DNA from: an uncultured Candidatus Poseidoniales archaeon
Lineage (GTDB): Archaea; Thermoplasmatota; Poseidoniia; Poseidoniales; Thalassarchaeaceae
Reading direction: 5' to 3'
DNA: 58,982 bases
Assembly: GCA_964618995.1 (NCBI GenBank)
Contig: CAZUBQ010000009.1
Location: forward strand, 1 to 58,982
In this document: positions 9,878 to 19,800 of the stretch, one piece after another
Position numbering within the stretch: position 1 is the first letter of the stretch
Layout: every line of letters starts with the position of its first letter
The notes under the pieces: generated by a model
Told to the model about the DNA's origin: nothing
Seen by the model: only the letters and a program-made list of their open reading frames with translations
Database searches by the model: none
Program-made: the position numbers and the translations under genes

Positions 9878-11119
9878 CTATTTCCCCAGCTCCTCGCGCT
9901 GCTCCTGAATGTGCCACGGGATTTCCTCGTAGACCTCGGTGAAGATGGTGGACGCCGGCGGATACGGACCGCTGGCGAGGTCGCCGTGCGTCACCGCCTC
10001 CTTGTAGGCGGCCATGACCTCATCATCGATGCGTGATTCCAACTCATCCTGCTGCTCATCGGACCATTCGCCCAGCGCGCACAAGTGCGCCTTGAGTCGC
10101 TCGATCGGGTCGCCGCCCGGCCAGGCGCCGTACTCATCCTCGGGGCGATAGCGGGTCGGGTCGTCGCTGCTGCTGTGACCAGCAGCGCGGTAGGTCAGCA
10201 CCTCGATGTGAGTAGGACCCGCGCCCGCGCCCGCTCGCTCGCGAGCCCATTTGGTGACCGAGTAGAGAGCGAGGAAGTCATTCCCATCGACGCGGATCGA
10301 AGGAACTCCGTAGGGAAGTCCGCGGGAGGCGAAGTTCGACCCTCCGGTGGCGAAATTACGGTGTGTTGAGATGGCCCATTGGTTGTTCACGACATTGAGA
10401 ATCACTGGCGGCTTGAACACGCTGGCGAAGGTCAGCGCGTAGTGGTAGTCACCCTCAGCGCTCGCCCCGTCCCCGATCCAGGTGATGGTCACCTCATCGA
10501 GACCGCGATACGCCGATGCCATCGCCACCCCGACAGCCTGCGGAAACTGAGTGCCCACAGGACTGGATACGGAAATATAGCGCCCGTCGCGATACGAGTA
10601 GTGAACCGGCATCTGCCTTCCCTTGATGTTGTCCTCGATATTGCCTATGCAGTGGTTGATCATGCTCACCATGTCCCGCCCGCGCACGAACTGCGCACCA
10701 GGTTGGCGATAGGTGGGGAACACCCAATCCTGCTCCTCCAACGCCATCGTCTGGGCGATGGCGATCGCCTCCTCCCCGAATGAACGCATGTAGAAGGAGA
10801 GTTTCCCAGTCCGCTGCATCTTCATCATGCGGTCGTCGAAGATGCGCAGGAGCACCATCAGTTCGAGGCCTCTGCGCAGGGTGTCGGCATCCAGCCCTGG
10901 GTCCCACGCGCCGGAGGCGAGGTTGTCTTCGGAGAGCACGCGCACCAGCCCGCGAGCGTGCTCGCGGGTGTCCGCGCTTTCACAGGTAGCGGGGTCCGGG
11001 CGGTCGAGGTCGGCTGGTGTCCATGGCCAGGAGTCGAACTCCGGATGGTCACCTGGCCGGAACGGAGCGGTGGGGACGGTGTACGGTTCAGACGTTTCGT
11101 CTGGCCCCCGTTCGGTCAT
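9878..11119 (-). CDS. 2-oxoacid dehydrogenase E1 alpha subunit (TPP-binding, BCKDH-like)
   Basis: TPP motif 'GDGASAEGDYHYALTFA...NNQWAIS' and the phosphorylation-loop-like 'YRAAGHSSSDDPTRYR'. Confidence 0.9.
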   Translation of the reverse strand: MTERGPDETSEPYTVPTAPFRPGDHPEFDSWPWTPADLDRPDPATCESADTREHARGLVRVLSEDNLASGAWDPGLDADTLRRGLELMVLLRIFDDRMMKMQRTGKLSFYMRSFGEEAIAIAQTMALEEQDWVFPTYRQPGAQFVRGRDMVSMINHCIGNIEDNIKGRQMPVHYSYRDGRYISVSSPVGTQFPQAVGVAMASAYRGLDEVTITWIGDGASAEGDYHYALTFASVFKPPVILNVVNNQWAISTHRNFATGGSNFASRGLPYGVPSIRVDGNDFLALYSVTKWARERAGAGAGPTHIEVLTYRAAGHSSSDDPTRYRPEDEYGAWPGGDPIERLKAHLCALGEWSDEQQDELESRIDDEVMAAYKEAVTHGDLASGPYPPASTIFTEVYEEIPWHIQEQREELGK

Positions 11120-11145
11120 GCTTTCACCTCATCTCCTGCTGACTA

Positions 11146-12243
11146 TCATGATTGTCCTGCGGCCTCGTCAGTGAGTGTTGCCGGCGCCAGATTGCTGACG
11201 GCAGACCCCGATGCCGCGACTGTCACGACTGGTGGTCCGCCGCGGGCCTCAGCCAACAACATCCCAGCACGATACGATGAACGAACCAGCGGGCCGCTGG
11301 CGACCGCCAGGAAGCCTAACTCACGGGCGCAGGCATCCCACGATGCAAACTGTGTGGGTGATGGGAAACGGTCGATTGCGATGTGCTTCCACGAAGGTTG
11401 CAGGTACTGCCCCAGAGTAATCAGATCCACTCCTGCATCACGCAGTTCGGCCAGCGCCTGCTCGACCTCAGCATCGGTCTCACCCAGTCCCACCATCAGG
11501 CTGCTCTTGGTGAGCATGTCCGGGCGCAACCGCTTCGCCTCACGTAGAACGGAGAGTGACTGAGAGAAGGAGGCGCGTGAATCTCGGACCAACGGGTCGA
11601 GGCGTGGAACGCATTCAACGTTGTGCGCGAACACGGATAACGGGCTGGAATCCAACAGGTCGGCGAGCGCGTCGAGATTACCATCGAGGTCTGAGCAGAG
11701 CAGCTCCAGTGTGACTTCTTCAGCCCGTTCATGCACCGCGTCGAGACACGCCTTGTAGTGAGCCGCTCCCCCATCAGGAAGGTCATCCCTGTTGACGACG
11801 GTGATGACGGCATGTGTGATTTCCATCAACGCCACCGCCCGAGCCAGGTCCGCTGGTTCATCGGCATCCAGCGGCGGAGGAGATTTCACCGTCCCTACCG
11901 CGCAGAATCTACAGGAGCGAGTGCACTCTTGACCGGCGATCATGAAGGTGGCGGTACCCCTTCCCCAGCAATCGTGGATATTCGGGCAGCGGGCCTCTTC
12001 GCATACCGTGTGTAATCCATGCTCCTGCACGACCGAGCGGGTTTGATTGTAGGTCGATTGAGCACTTCCTGTCGGCAGACTCGTCCTGAACCACTGTGGC
12101 AGACGTTTGCGCGACGCCTTACGCCTCTCCTCGACGGTCATCCGTGCTGCCCCGCCACATCCTCCTGGCATGCTCACGTCCGCTGACTGGTCGGACAACG
12201 GCAATTCGCGGCTCACTGAGTATGCACCCCGCTCCGCTGTCAT
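11146..12243 (-). CDS. lipA: lipoyl synthase LipA (radical SAM)
   Basis: Auxiliary cluster motif 'CEEARCPNIHDCW' and radical-SAM motif 'CTRSCRFCAV'. The N-terminus may start at a later Met (M25 or M35). Confidence 0.9.
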   Translation of the reverse strand: MTAERGAYSVSRELPLSDQSADVSMPGGCGGAARMTVEERRKASRKRLPQWFRTSLPTGSAQSTYNQTRSVVQEHGLHTVCEEARCPNIHDCWGRGTATFMIAGQECTRSCRFCAVGTVKSPPPLDADEPADLARAVALMEITHAVITVVNRDDLPDGGAAHYKACLDAVHERAEEVTLELLCSDLDGNLDALADLLDSSPLSVFAHNVECVPRLDPLVRDSRASFSQSLSVLREAKRLRPDMLTKSSLMVGLGETDAEVEQALAELRDAGVDLITLGQYLQPSWKHIAIDRFPSPTQFASWDACARELGFLAVASGPLVRSSYRAGMLLAEARGGPPVVTVAASGSAVSNLAPATLTDEAAGQS

Positions 12244-12268
12244 ATGCTGAGGCGAATAAGGATTCGTC

Positions 12269-12285
12269 CGCCGGCGTAGCCGGCG
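12269..12285. promoter_or_regulatory. perfect palindrome CGCCGGC-GTA-GCCGGCG in the lipA/SDR divergent intergenic region
   Basis: Read directly: 7-bp arms with a 3-nt GTA spacer, 26-42 nt from the lipA ATG (12243). The sequence fact is certain; the function (operator or 5' hairpin) is unknown. Confidence 0.35.
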
Positions 12286-12357
12286 CGTGAGGCGATGTAT
12301 TCCGCGGTATGCTGAAGTTGAATGGCAGTGTAGACGGTCTGCCTTGGGGGACAGTTG

Positions 12358-13107
12358 ATGCGGTCAGCACTAGTCACCGGTGGCGCGAAGAGGATTGGTG
12401 CAGCCATCTGCAGAGAGTTGGCTGCACAGGGCACAGATGTCACGATTCACTGCAATCGCTCCACCGAAGAAGCCGCCCAGTTGGCGACAGAACTCACCGC
12501 TGTCGGTGTGCAAGCCGTCGTTGTTCAGGCTGACCTCAGCGAACCCGCTCAGGTCGCCGGCTTGATCACCCAGGCAAGTGCGGCGTTCGGGCCGCTCGAT
12601 CTGCTGGTGAACAACGCCTCGCTGTTCGAGTACGACGATCTCGATTCACTCGACCCAGAACGCTACCTACGCCATCAAGCGATCAACGCGCTGGCCCCGT
12701 TGCTGCTCAGCAGGGCATTCGCCAGCCAGGTTCCCGAATCTGGCGGAACTGTGGTGAACATCCTCGACCAGAAACTGTCCAACCCCAACCCGGATTACCT
12801 TTCGTACACCGCCAGCAAGCAGGCGCTCGGTGGCCTCACCAGCGCGCTCGCTCAACAACTGGCCCCGGATGTCCGTGTCAACGGCGTCGCCCCCGGTTTG
12901 ACACTGCCATCCGCACACGCTTCACCCGAAGCGTTCGCAGAGGTTCACGGCAGCAATCCACTTGCTCGTGGTGTGCGCCCAGAAGACATAGCCGAAGCGG
13001 TCATCTACCTCGCGCGGGCCACCGCCATCACCGGAGTGGTGCTGCACGTAGACGGTGGGGAGCACTTGGCGCCTCGTTCGGATGACGTCCTCTACGGAAA
13101 AGGGTGA
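12358..13107 (+). CDS. short-chain dehydrogenase/reductase, pteridine-reductase (FolM/PTR1)-like
   Basis: 'LVTGGAKRIGAAICRELA' and catalytic 'YTASKQAL' (YxxxK). It lies 4 nt upstream of a FolB-like gene. I use ATG at 12358, one codon inside the TTG that opens the ORF. Confidence 0.75.
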   Translation: MRSALVTGGAKRIGAAICRELAAQGTDVTIHCNRSTEEAAQLATELTAVGVQAVVVQADLSEPAQVAGLITQASAAFGPLDLLVNNASLFEYDDLDSLDPERYLRHQAINALAPLLLSRAFASQVPESGGTVVNILDQKLSNPNPDYLSYTASKQALGGLTSALAQQLAPDVRVNGVAPGLTLPSAHASPEAFAEVHGSNPLARGVRPEDIAEAVIYLARATAITGVVLHVDGGEHLAPRSDDVLYGKG

Positions 13108-13111
13108 ATCC

Positions 13112-13516
13112 ATGCTCGAAGACCCCTTGGCCGTCCTGCTCCAGCGCAGGGGCGTAACTGGCATCACCACCTTGGCGCTGCGCGACCATGTAGTAGAGAT
13201 GGAACTCGGAATCCTCCCCGAGGAGCAGGATGGAACTCAACGCATCTGCTTCGATGTCGAACTGCATCTCATCGGCGCGACGTCGCCTGCCGAAGACCAG
13301 ATCGATCAGGTGCTCGACTACGACTTCATCCGCGCCACCATAGATGCCGCCGCGGCTGGTGGACGCACCAATCTGCTGGAGACTGTCGTAGCCGACCTGT
13401 TGGACAGCTACATGCTACCCCACGAGGTCGAAGCGGCGAGCGTGACTGCGACCAAACTCGATGTCTACGATGGCGATGCCAAGGTCGGTTGTCGGATGAT
13501 TAGAATCCGGGATTGA
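13112..13516 (+). CDS. dihydroneopterin aldolase/epimerase family protein (FolB/FolX-like)
   Basis: About 134 aa, with 'LRDHVVEMELGILPEEQDGTQRICFDVEL...VLDYDFIRATI...LLETVVADL' matching the FolB tunnelling-fold pattern. ATG at 13112 follows the SDR stop (13105-13107). Confidence 0.6.
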   Translation: MLEDPLAVLLQRRGVTGITTLALRDHVVEMELGILPEEQDGTQRICFDVELHLIGATSPAEDQIDQVLDYDFIRATIDAAAAGGRTNLLETVVADLLDSYMLPHEVEAASVTATKLDVYDGDAKVGCRMIRIRD

Positions 13517-13569
13517 GTCTCACTGAACGAGCGGGGGGTTCATGTCCATAAGGCTCTCCTCGCAAGGTT

Positions 13570-13653
13570 GCGGGGATTGCCAAGCCTGGTCAACGGCGCT
13601 GGACTTAAGCTCCGGTCCCAAGCGGTACGTGGGTTCGAATCCCTCTCCCCGCA
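13570..13653 (+). tRNA. tRNA-Leu (anticodon UAA), class II with a long variable arm, no encoded CCA
   Basis: Manual cloverleaf: acceptor GCGGGGA/TCCCCGC, anticodon stem CTGGA/TCCGG with loop CTTAAGC, long variable arm, T-loop GGGTTCGAATCCC, discriminator A. Confidence 0.85.
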
Positions 13654-13666
13654 TCACTCTCTCAAC

Positions 13667-13681
13667 ATCGCTTACAGCGAT
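13667..13681. other. perfect palindrome ATCGCT-TAC-AGCGAT just downstream of tRNA-Leu(UAA)
   Basis: Read directly: 6-bp arms with a TAC spacer, starting 14 nt after the tRNA 3' end. It could be a transcript-end or processing hairpin; function unknown. Confidence 0.3.
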
Positions 13682-13753
13682 GGCTGAGATAAACGACTCA
13701 TGGCATGGCCTAATGACGGTGAACCTCTTATGACTCCTATGTGACGGAGAGCC

Positions 13754-16723
13754 GTGATAAGAGCGCATGCTGCCTTTCAGAGGCACCGAAACCGTACATC
13801 GGCGTCCATGTTGATACTGGTGTTCCTGCTCGCAAGCCTCGCCTCGCTTGTCACGCCCCCAATGACAGAACTCCCACAGGATGAAATGAATCGCTACGTC
13901 GAGGAAGATCCGCTCTATCTCTATACCCTCTACATGGCAGAACGGAACTCCAACGCAGGCGGAGACGGCTTCCTGACAACCGATGCCCCAGACTCCGGTT
14001 CCGACAATCAACGCAACGAGAGTGCGCTAGGAGACTCACTCGAGTTCCGCACCCCTGTACTGCTCTCCGACTTCCGCATCGCCGGGCGCACCACTGCCAA
14101 CACCGGGGAGTACAAGATTCCGCTGAACGTGTTCCTTCGAGCCACTGGCGGTCAGCAGGACGTAGCCACTTACACATTCACGCTGAAGGTTGACACGGCC
14201 GGTGGAGAGATCACCAAGTCAACAGAGCAGAAGGAGATGAACGCGTGTGATTCGATTCTTCCGGGCGGCTGCGGCTGGAATCAGGTGGTCATCAATCTCA
14301 AGTGGACCGGGGCGCAGGAATTCACCGTCATCGCCGATGGTCAACTCAAGTTGTTCATCTCCGCTGAATCCTCTTGCGAGGGTTCCTCCGGGGGTCCGTT
14401 CTCTCCATCTTGTGACGCAGAGGTGGCGTGGGGGAAGCCAGACGACATCACCGACTACTCGTCGATGGAGTTCTGGGCTAACGCACTCTCGGGAAGTTCA
14501 GTCAAACTGCAGCAGCCAGGTGCACTGTGGACGGACCCCGAGGTCGTCGATTGGTATCCCAACTCAATGCCTGATGACCGAGAGATGAACTTCACTCTCG
14601 ACGTGCGCGATTCACTCGGAAGCTTCGACATCCAGTCGGTCAGCGTACAGTTGCGGGACCCCTCGGGTACCTACGTCGTCGACCACTCCTTCCCGGACAA
14701 CGAACTCGTCGAGAACAACAACGCGTTGCGAGGGGTATACCAGTGGGTACATCCAGCGAATGTGGAACATGGGGAGTACGAACTGACTTTGGAGGTGATT
14801 GACATCCAAGGGCATTCGGTACTCATCGAGCATTCGCCTGTCTACTTCCATCGCTACGGTATCAACATCCGTCATGCACTCGACCGCACTGTGGAGTACA
14901 TTGCTCCCGGTCAGACGACACCGATCAAACTGTCTCTCAGGCATATCGGGTCAGTTGGAGAATCGCTCGACGTCGAGCTTGACCTGCTTACCAATCTGGG
15001 CAGCAACTGGGTGGTGGAATTCGATCATCCTGACTCATACTACCTTGCCGACGGTGGAGATGAGGTGCTGGCCATCCTGACTCTAGGCGCTCCCTCCGAA
15101 CTTTCCAACGCGCCCTCACGGCTGGAAATCGCCGTCCGCGCGCACAACGCCAGTGGAGCCGAGGTGCAGTACGTCGTCTTCAATCTCGACCTTGAGAAAC
15201 TGGATGTCTATGCACCACCGATGGCATCCCTCTGGGACTCGAAACACGAGCACCAGATAGCCAATTCGAGCCGCCCCGAATCGTTCGACCCCTCCATCCC
15301 GCGCTTCGTCGATCAAGGTCAGTTCACACCATTCTATCTCGAGTTGTTCAACACCGGATTCGATGTCGACTCGTTCCGTCTGGATGTACCGATGAAGCCT
15401 CGTGGGACAGTGTTCTACTTCGTCGACAATGACACCAATCCACCGGTACAAATCGAGCAGAACCTGCAGGATGGGCTGTGGCACACCGCGCAGTTGGATC
15501 GGCACGTGACCCAGACTATCGTCCTCTACGTCAAGCCGTCACAGGATGAGGATGATCCCGACTCGGGGCTGATGCGTATCGAAGTGATCAGCGCTGGAAA
15601 CAATTCACTGATATCGACCCTTGAGTTCAGCCCTCACCGCACTCGTGGAATACAGGCGCGTGTGACATACGATTGTGATGGTGTAGGAAACGGACTGGGA
15701 CATGTCGAAGCTGATGTTTGTTCTCCCTCCTCGGGCGGCATCAACATGCGGGTCGAAGTTACACAGACCTCTGGTTCGCCCAATGAGGTCACGGAGTGGG
15801 TATTGGTGAACCCTGCGAACTATGTTGGCAACGCCGAGGCCAACATTCGCTATACCCAATGGAATTACTTCATCAATGACACGAACAGCACTCCGATGCC
15901 GAGGATGCAGTTGGCTGCGGGGGATGCAGAAGAGTTCGAACTCAGCATCGTACTCACCAATCAGGTTCTGGCCGGCAATCACACGATCATCATGCGTATC
16001 GAGGAGGCTACTGACGGCAGTGAGCCTGAACGCTATTTCGATATGCCATTCTCCATCGAAGTTGGCGAAGGTGAGCCTAACTTGGAGATTGTACAGGATT
16101 CCCCCAATCATCCGATGGTACCTGGTGGTCATCGCGAGATTTCGATGATTCTCAAGAACGAAGGCAACGCCGACCTGCAGGTGCTGTTGACAACCGATGC
16201 ACCAGATGGGTGGGTGGTAGACGTATACAACCCAGCCACTTCCTCACCGACGTTGTTCGTCGAGGCATTCAGTCAGGTGGATTTCACAGTAGAAGTCGAT
16301 GCTCCAACTGATGCCCGCCACAAGGACCTGCACACGATTATCGTGATTGGTGAACCTGTGTCTACGGAACGATCCTACAGCCAAGACACGCACGCTAAGC
16401 AGGATGTCATCGTGCAGGTCGAGATTAACGACCTGTTCACGCGCCTCAAGAACGAATTGTTCGACAACCCTAGGACGGAGACGATGCTTCTCATGCTTGG
16501 TGGATTCATGCTCATAGTCGCCTGGGTGGCCGGTCAGCGGAGGAAGCGCAACGAGTGGGATGAAGAAGAGGACGACTGGGAATACGATGACGAGGAAGAA
16601 TCCCTAGAGGAGAGTACCGCCGACATCCCCGAACCGGTCGTAGATGAGTTGGAAGACGATGAAGTGGAACTCGCCGAGGATGAGATCGAACTTCTTGAGG
16701 ATGACATCGAAATCGATGATTGA
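13754..16723 (+). CDS. large cell-surface protein (989 aa) with CARDB/NEW3-type beta-sandwich repeats (COG1470-like), a C-terminal TM anchor and an acidic cytoplasmic tail
   Basis: GTG start preceded by GGAGAG, and a signal-like 'MLILVFLLASLASLV'. Segments such as 'ISMILKNEGNADLQVLLTTDAPDGWVVDV...DFTVEVDAPTDA' are typical of CARDB/NEW3 domains. TM helix 'LMLGGFMLIVAWVAG' is followed by about 60 aa rich in D/E. Confidence 0.75.
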   Translation: MIRAHAAFQRHRNRTSASMLILVFLLASLASLVTPPMTELPQDEMNRYVEEDPLYLYTLYMAERNSNAGGDGFLTTDAPDSGSDNQRNESALGDSLEFRTPVLLSDFRIAGRTTANTGEYKIPLNVFLRATGGQQDVATYTFTLKVDTAGGEITKSTEQKEMNACDSILPGGCGWNQVVINLKWTGAQEFTVIADGQLKLFISAESSCEGSSGGPFSPSCDAEVAWGKPDDITDYSSMEFWANALSGSSVKLQQPGALWTDPEVVDWYPNSMPDDREMNFTLDVRDSLGSFDIQSVSVQLRDPSGTYVVDHSFPDNELVENNNALRGVYQWVHPANVEHGEYELTLEVIDIQGHSVLIEHSPVYFHRYGINIRHALDRTVEYIAPGQTTPIKLSLRHIGSVGESLDVELDLLTNLGSNWVVEFDHPDSYYLADGGDEVLAILTLGAPSELSNAPSRLEIAVRAHNASGAEVQYVVFNLDLEKLDVYAPPMASLWDSKHEHQIANSSRPESFDPSIPRFVDQGQFTPFYLELFNTGFDVDSFRLDVPMKPRGTVFYFVDNDTNPPVQIEQNLQDGLWHTAQLDRHVTQTIVLYVKPSQDEDDPDSGLMRIEVISAGNNSLISTLEFSPHRTRGIQARVTYDCDGVGNGLGHVEADVCSPSSGGINMRVEVTQTSGSPNEVTEWVLVNPANYVGNAEANIRYTQWNYFINDTNSTPMPRMQLAAGDAEEFELSIVLTNQVLAGNHTIIMRIEEATDGSEPERYFDMPFSIEVGEGEPNLEIVQDSPNHPMVPGGHREISMILKNEGNADLQVLLTTDAPDGWVVDVYNPATSSPTLFVEAFSQVDFTVEVDAPTDARHKDLHTIIVIGEPVSTERSYSQDTHAKQDVIVQVEINDLFTRLKNELFDNPRTETMLLMLGGFMLIVAWVAGQRRKRNEWDEEEDDWEYDDEEESLEESTADIPEPVVDELEDDEVELAEDEIELLEDDIEIDD

Positions 16724-16818
16724 CGGTATCGCCCCCACTATGTGGGGGCTGTACGTGTACGAACCTTGCTCCATTTGTCTTAAGTGCCAAAGGAACCGGT
16801 TGCGAAGTGGGTCCAGAC

Positions 16819-19800
16819 ATGTCACTGCACCGAAGCACCGTTGAAACGACCGAATGGCGACCGCTCGTGCGCGCCCGCGCACGCTCGCTGTCGCTCACAC
16901 TGCTGATGCTGCTTTCCAGCCTCGTTGGAATGCAGTTCGCTGCTTACGAAGCGATGGCGGGGACTGATCAGGACGGAGATGGCCTGACCTGTGGAACCGA
17001 GTTCCTTCTCGGAACACAGTGCCAGGACTGGGACTCCGACAATGACGGACTTCCCGATGGCTGGGAATGGCAGTACGGACTTGACCCGACCGACGGGTCC
17101 TCGCTGACAAACAACGGTGCCAGCGGCGACCCTGATGGGGATGGTATGTCCAACCTGCAGGAGTACTCCTACCTCGAGCCCACCAACTGGGACAACTCCA
17201 ACACCCCCAACGAACTCGATAACGGCGTCTGGTGGAACGGCACGGTTCCAGTGCGCAACTGGAACGAGGAGAACGCCATGCAGGTCAATCAACCGGGCTG
17301 CGGCGACCCTGGGTCTGACGGAAATGGTTCGTCAGTCATTCTCTGCGACGAGGATCCTCCTGGAGACATCTGCAACGACGGATTGGACAACGACAAGGAT
17401 GGGTTGGTGGATACTGCCGACCCAGACCGTGACGGAGATGCTGTGTGTGGCTCGAATGACGACGACGGCGACGGATACTTCGACGAGGATCCCGACGGAT
17501 GGGACACCGATGGAGACGGAATGCCCGACGGCTGGGAGGTTTCGAACGGATTGAACGCCACCTTGGCGACCGGCATGGATGGCGCTTCTGGAGACCCCGA
17601 TTTCGATGGCCTGACCAACCTCATGGAATACATCAATCCTGGATGGACCACTGGTAGTGGAGGCAACTACTACTTCCAACCCGGTGACCCGAACGTCGAG
17701 AGTGCTACCGAGAACATCAACCCGTGCAATCCGGTGCTCGGACTGGGTCCCGGAGGCTGCGCCTCGCTCACCGCATCTGTCGACCAGGACTTCGATACCA
17801 ACCCATTCAACAATGACACCGATGGCGACGGCCTCGAAGATGGCTACGAAGCGTTGGTCATTCTCACAGATCCGACCACCAGTGACACCGACTCCGATGG
17901 CATCTCGGATGGCGTCGAGGCGAACACCAGCACCTACGGAAACCCGCCGCTGCACAGCGACCCGCGCGATAACAACACCGACGGAGACCAGTTCGATGAT
18001 GGCGACGAGGACATCAACGGCAACGGGCGGGTAGATTCCAACGAAACCGACCCGACTCGCCGCGAGGATTCGGGCGACTACGACAACGACGGCATCGACA
18101 ATTGGCTGGAGAACCTCAGCTGCACGCTGTGGAACGTCTACGACTCCGACTTCGGCGGCATTGGTGACGGAGACGAGAGCAATCTGTCGCACAGCACCGA
18201 CCCATGCATGACCTTCGTGGACTACAGCACCACCGTCGTCTCCTACAACAGCGGCACCAACCGTCTGACCATATCCAACGCCTCGGGCATCGACCCGAAC
18301 CCGGTAGACTGGCGCACCGGGATGCCGGGCATCCTCTACTACAACGACTCCAGCGGAAGCCTCACCTCGTTCGCCTACTCCTCCGTTACGGGGAATGTGA
18401 TCAGTGGAGTGGCAGTTGCTCCTCCCGCGGGGATGGTCAGTGTGATTGCCAAGAATGGCTCCTGGTGTCACTACGAGGGTACGCAGGCGGGCACCATCAC
18501 CACCACACACAGTCATTGCGACGACGATTACATGGACAGCGACGGCGATGGATTGGCCGACTGGGAAGAGAACCAGGCCGTATGGGGTTGGTTCTCGCTC
18601 CCCACACAGTATGATTCTGATGGCGACGGCGTCAACGACCTCGATGAGATTCTCAATGGCACCAATCCGATGGAGCCGTGCGACAACCGTCTCGATTCGG
18701 ACGGTGACATGCTCAACGACTACTTCGAGAACACCACTGGTTGCGACCTGATGTACGTGCCAGGGATGGGTGGAGGAAACGGTTCAACGGACGCCTACGT
18801 CACCGACCCGTTGAATCCGGACACGGACCATGGAGGAGTGATGGATGGGCAGGAGTACCTCGACGGCACCAACCCACAGAACGATCCTCTCGACGACATG
18901 AACCCGGCTGATACCGATGGAGACGGCATTCCGGACAACATCGAGAACCAGACCGGTACAGACTGGCGTGATCCGGATACTGACGGCGGCGGCATGAGTG
19001 ACTACGAGGAGTGCCCTCCACAGTTCTGGCAGGACTGTTTGCTCGGACCGCAGAATCCGTGGGATCCGACCGATGACATCATCCAGAACGAGATTGCCTT
19101 CTGGGCCAACAACACCACCAGCACAGGCAACGGAGTCGACCCGGACCTGTCCCACTACTGGCGAGTGCGCACCTACGAGTACTACACCGGCGCCGCTTAC
19201 GGGATGAACGAGAGTTCGCTCATCGAGACTGAGATTTCACCTGGTTGGATTGATTATCATTGGATTGCAAACAACACCTTCTGGAACTCATCGGAGGACT
19301 ACATGATGACCTACGTGCAGCCGGTCAATCCCGGATCGAGACTAGCGCAACCGGCGTCAGCCTACTCATGGATGAACTGGAACGACCCGTTCGCTTACCT
19401 CAACCAATCCAATGTTTCTCACGACCTGCGCATCTCCGCGGCACAAATCTACAACCTGATGGTCGCGCAACCAGAGATCTGGTTCTCATCCACTGAATAC
19501 GCCAACTCGATTCCCTACGCTGGTCCGGGCAACTACGGCACCGACCTGCCAGCCTACTTCACCGACATGACCGCACCCGAGTCATACGTCTACAACGTCA
19601 CGCAGGGTGTGATCACGGACGCAGGCGCGGTCAGCGCGTGGGACAAGGTTGTCGCCATTCGAGACTATCTGAACAACGTTGATGGTAATACAACGGTGGA
19701 GTTCAAGCTCAACTTCGATGGTTCAGGTCTGCCGATGCTCGAGGATGTCAGTCGCTTCATCATCCAGGATATCACGGAGGGTTCCTGTCAGGAGTTCTCC

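Noticed and set aside
17332-18516. Long antisense or off-frame ORFs inside the giant gene (e.g. 17332-18516 minus, 394 aa; 22879-23550 minus, 223 aa; 18204-18614 plus).
   Set aside because: They are Arg/Gly/Val-rich and featureless, and lie fully inside a frame with clear domain repeats. These are typical shadow ORFs of GC-rich coding DNA.
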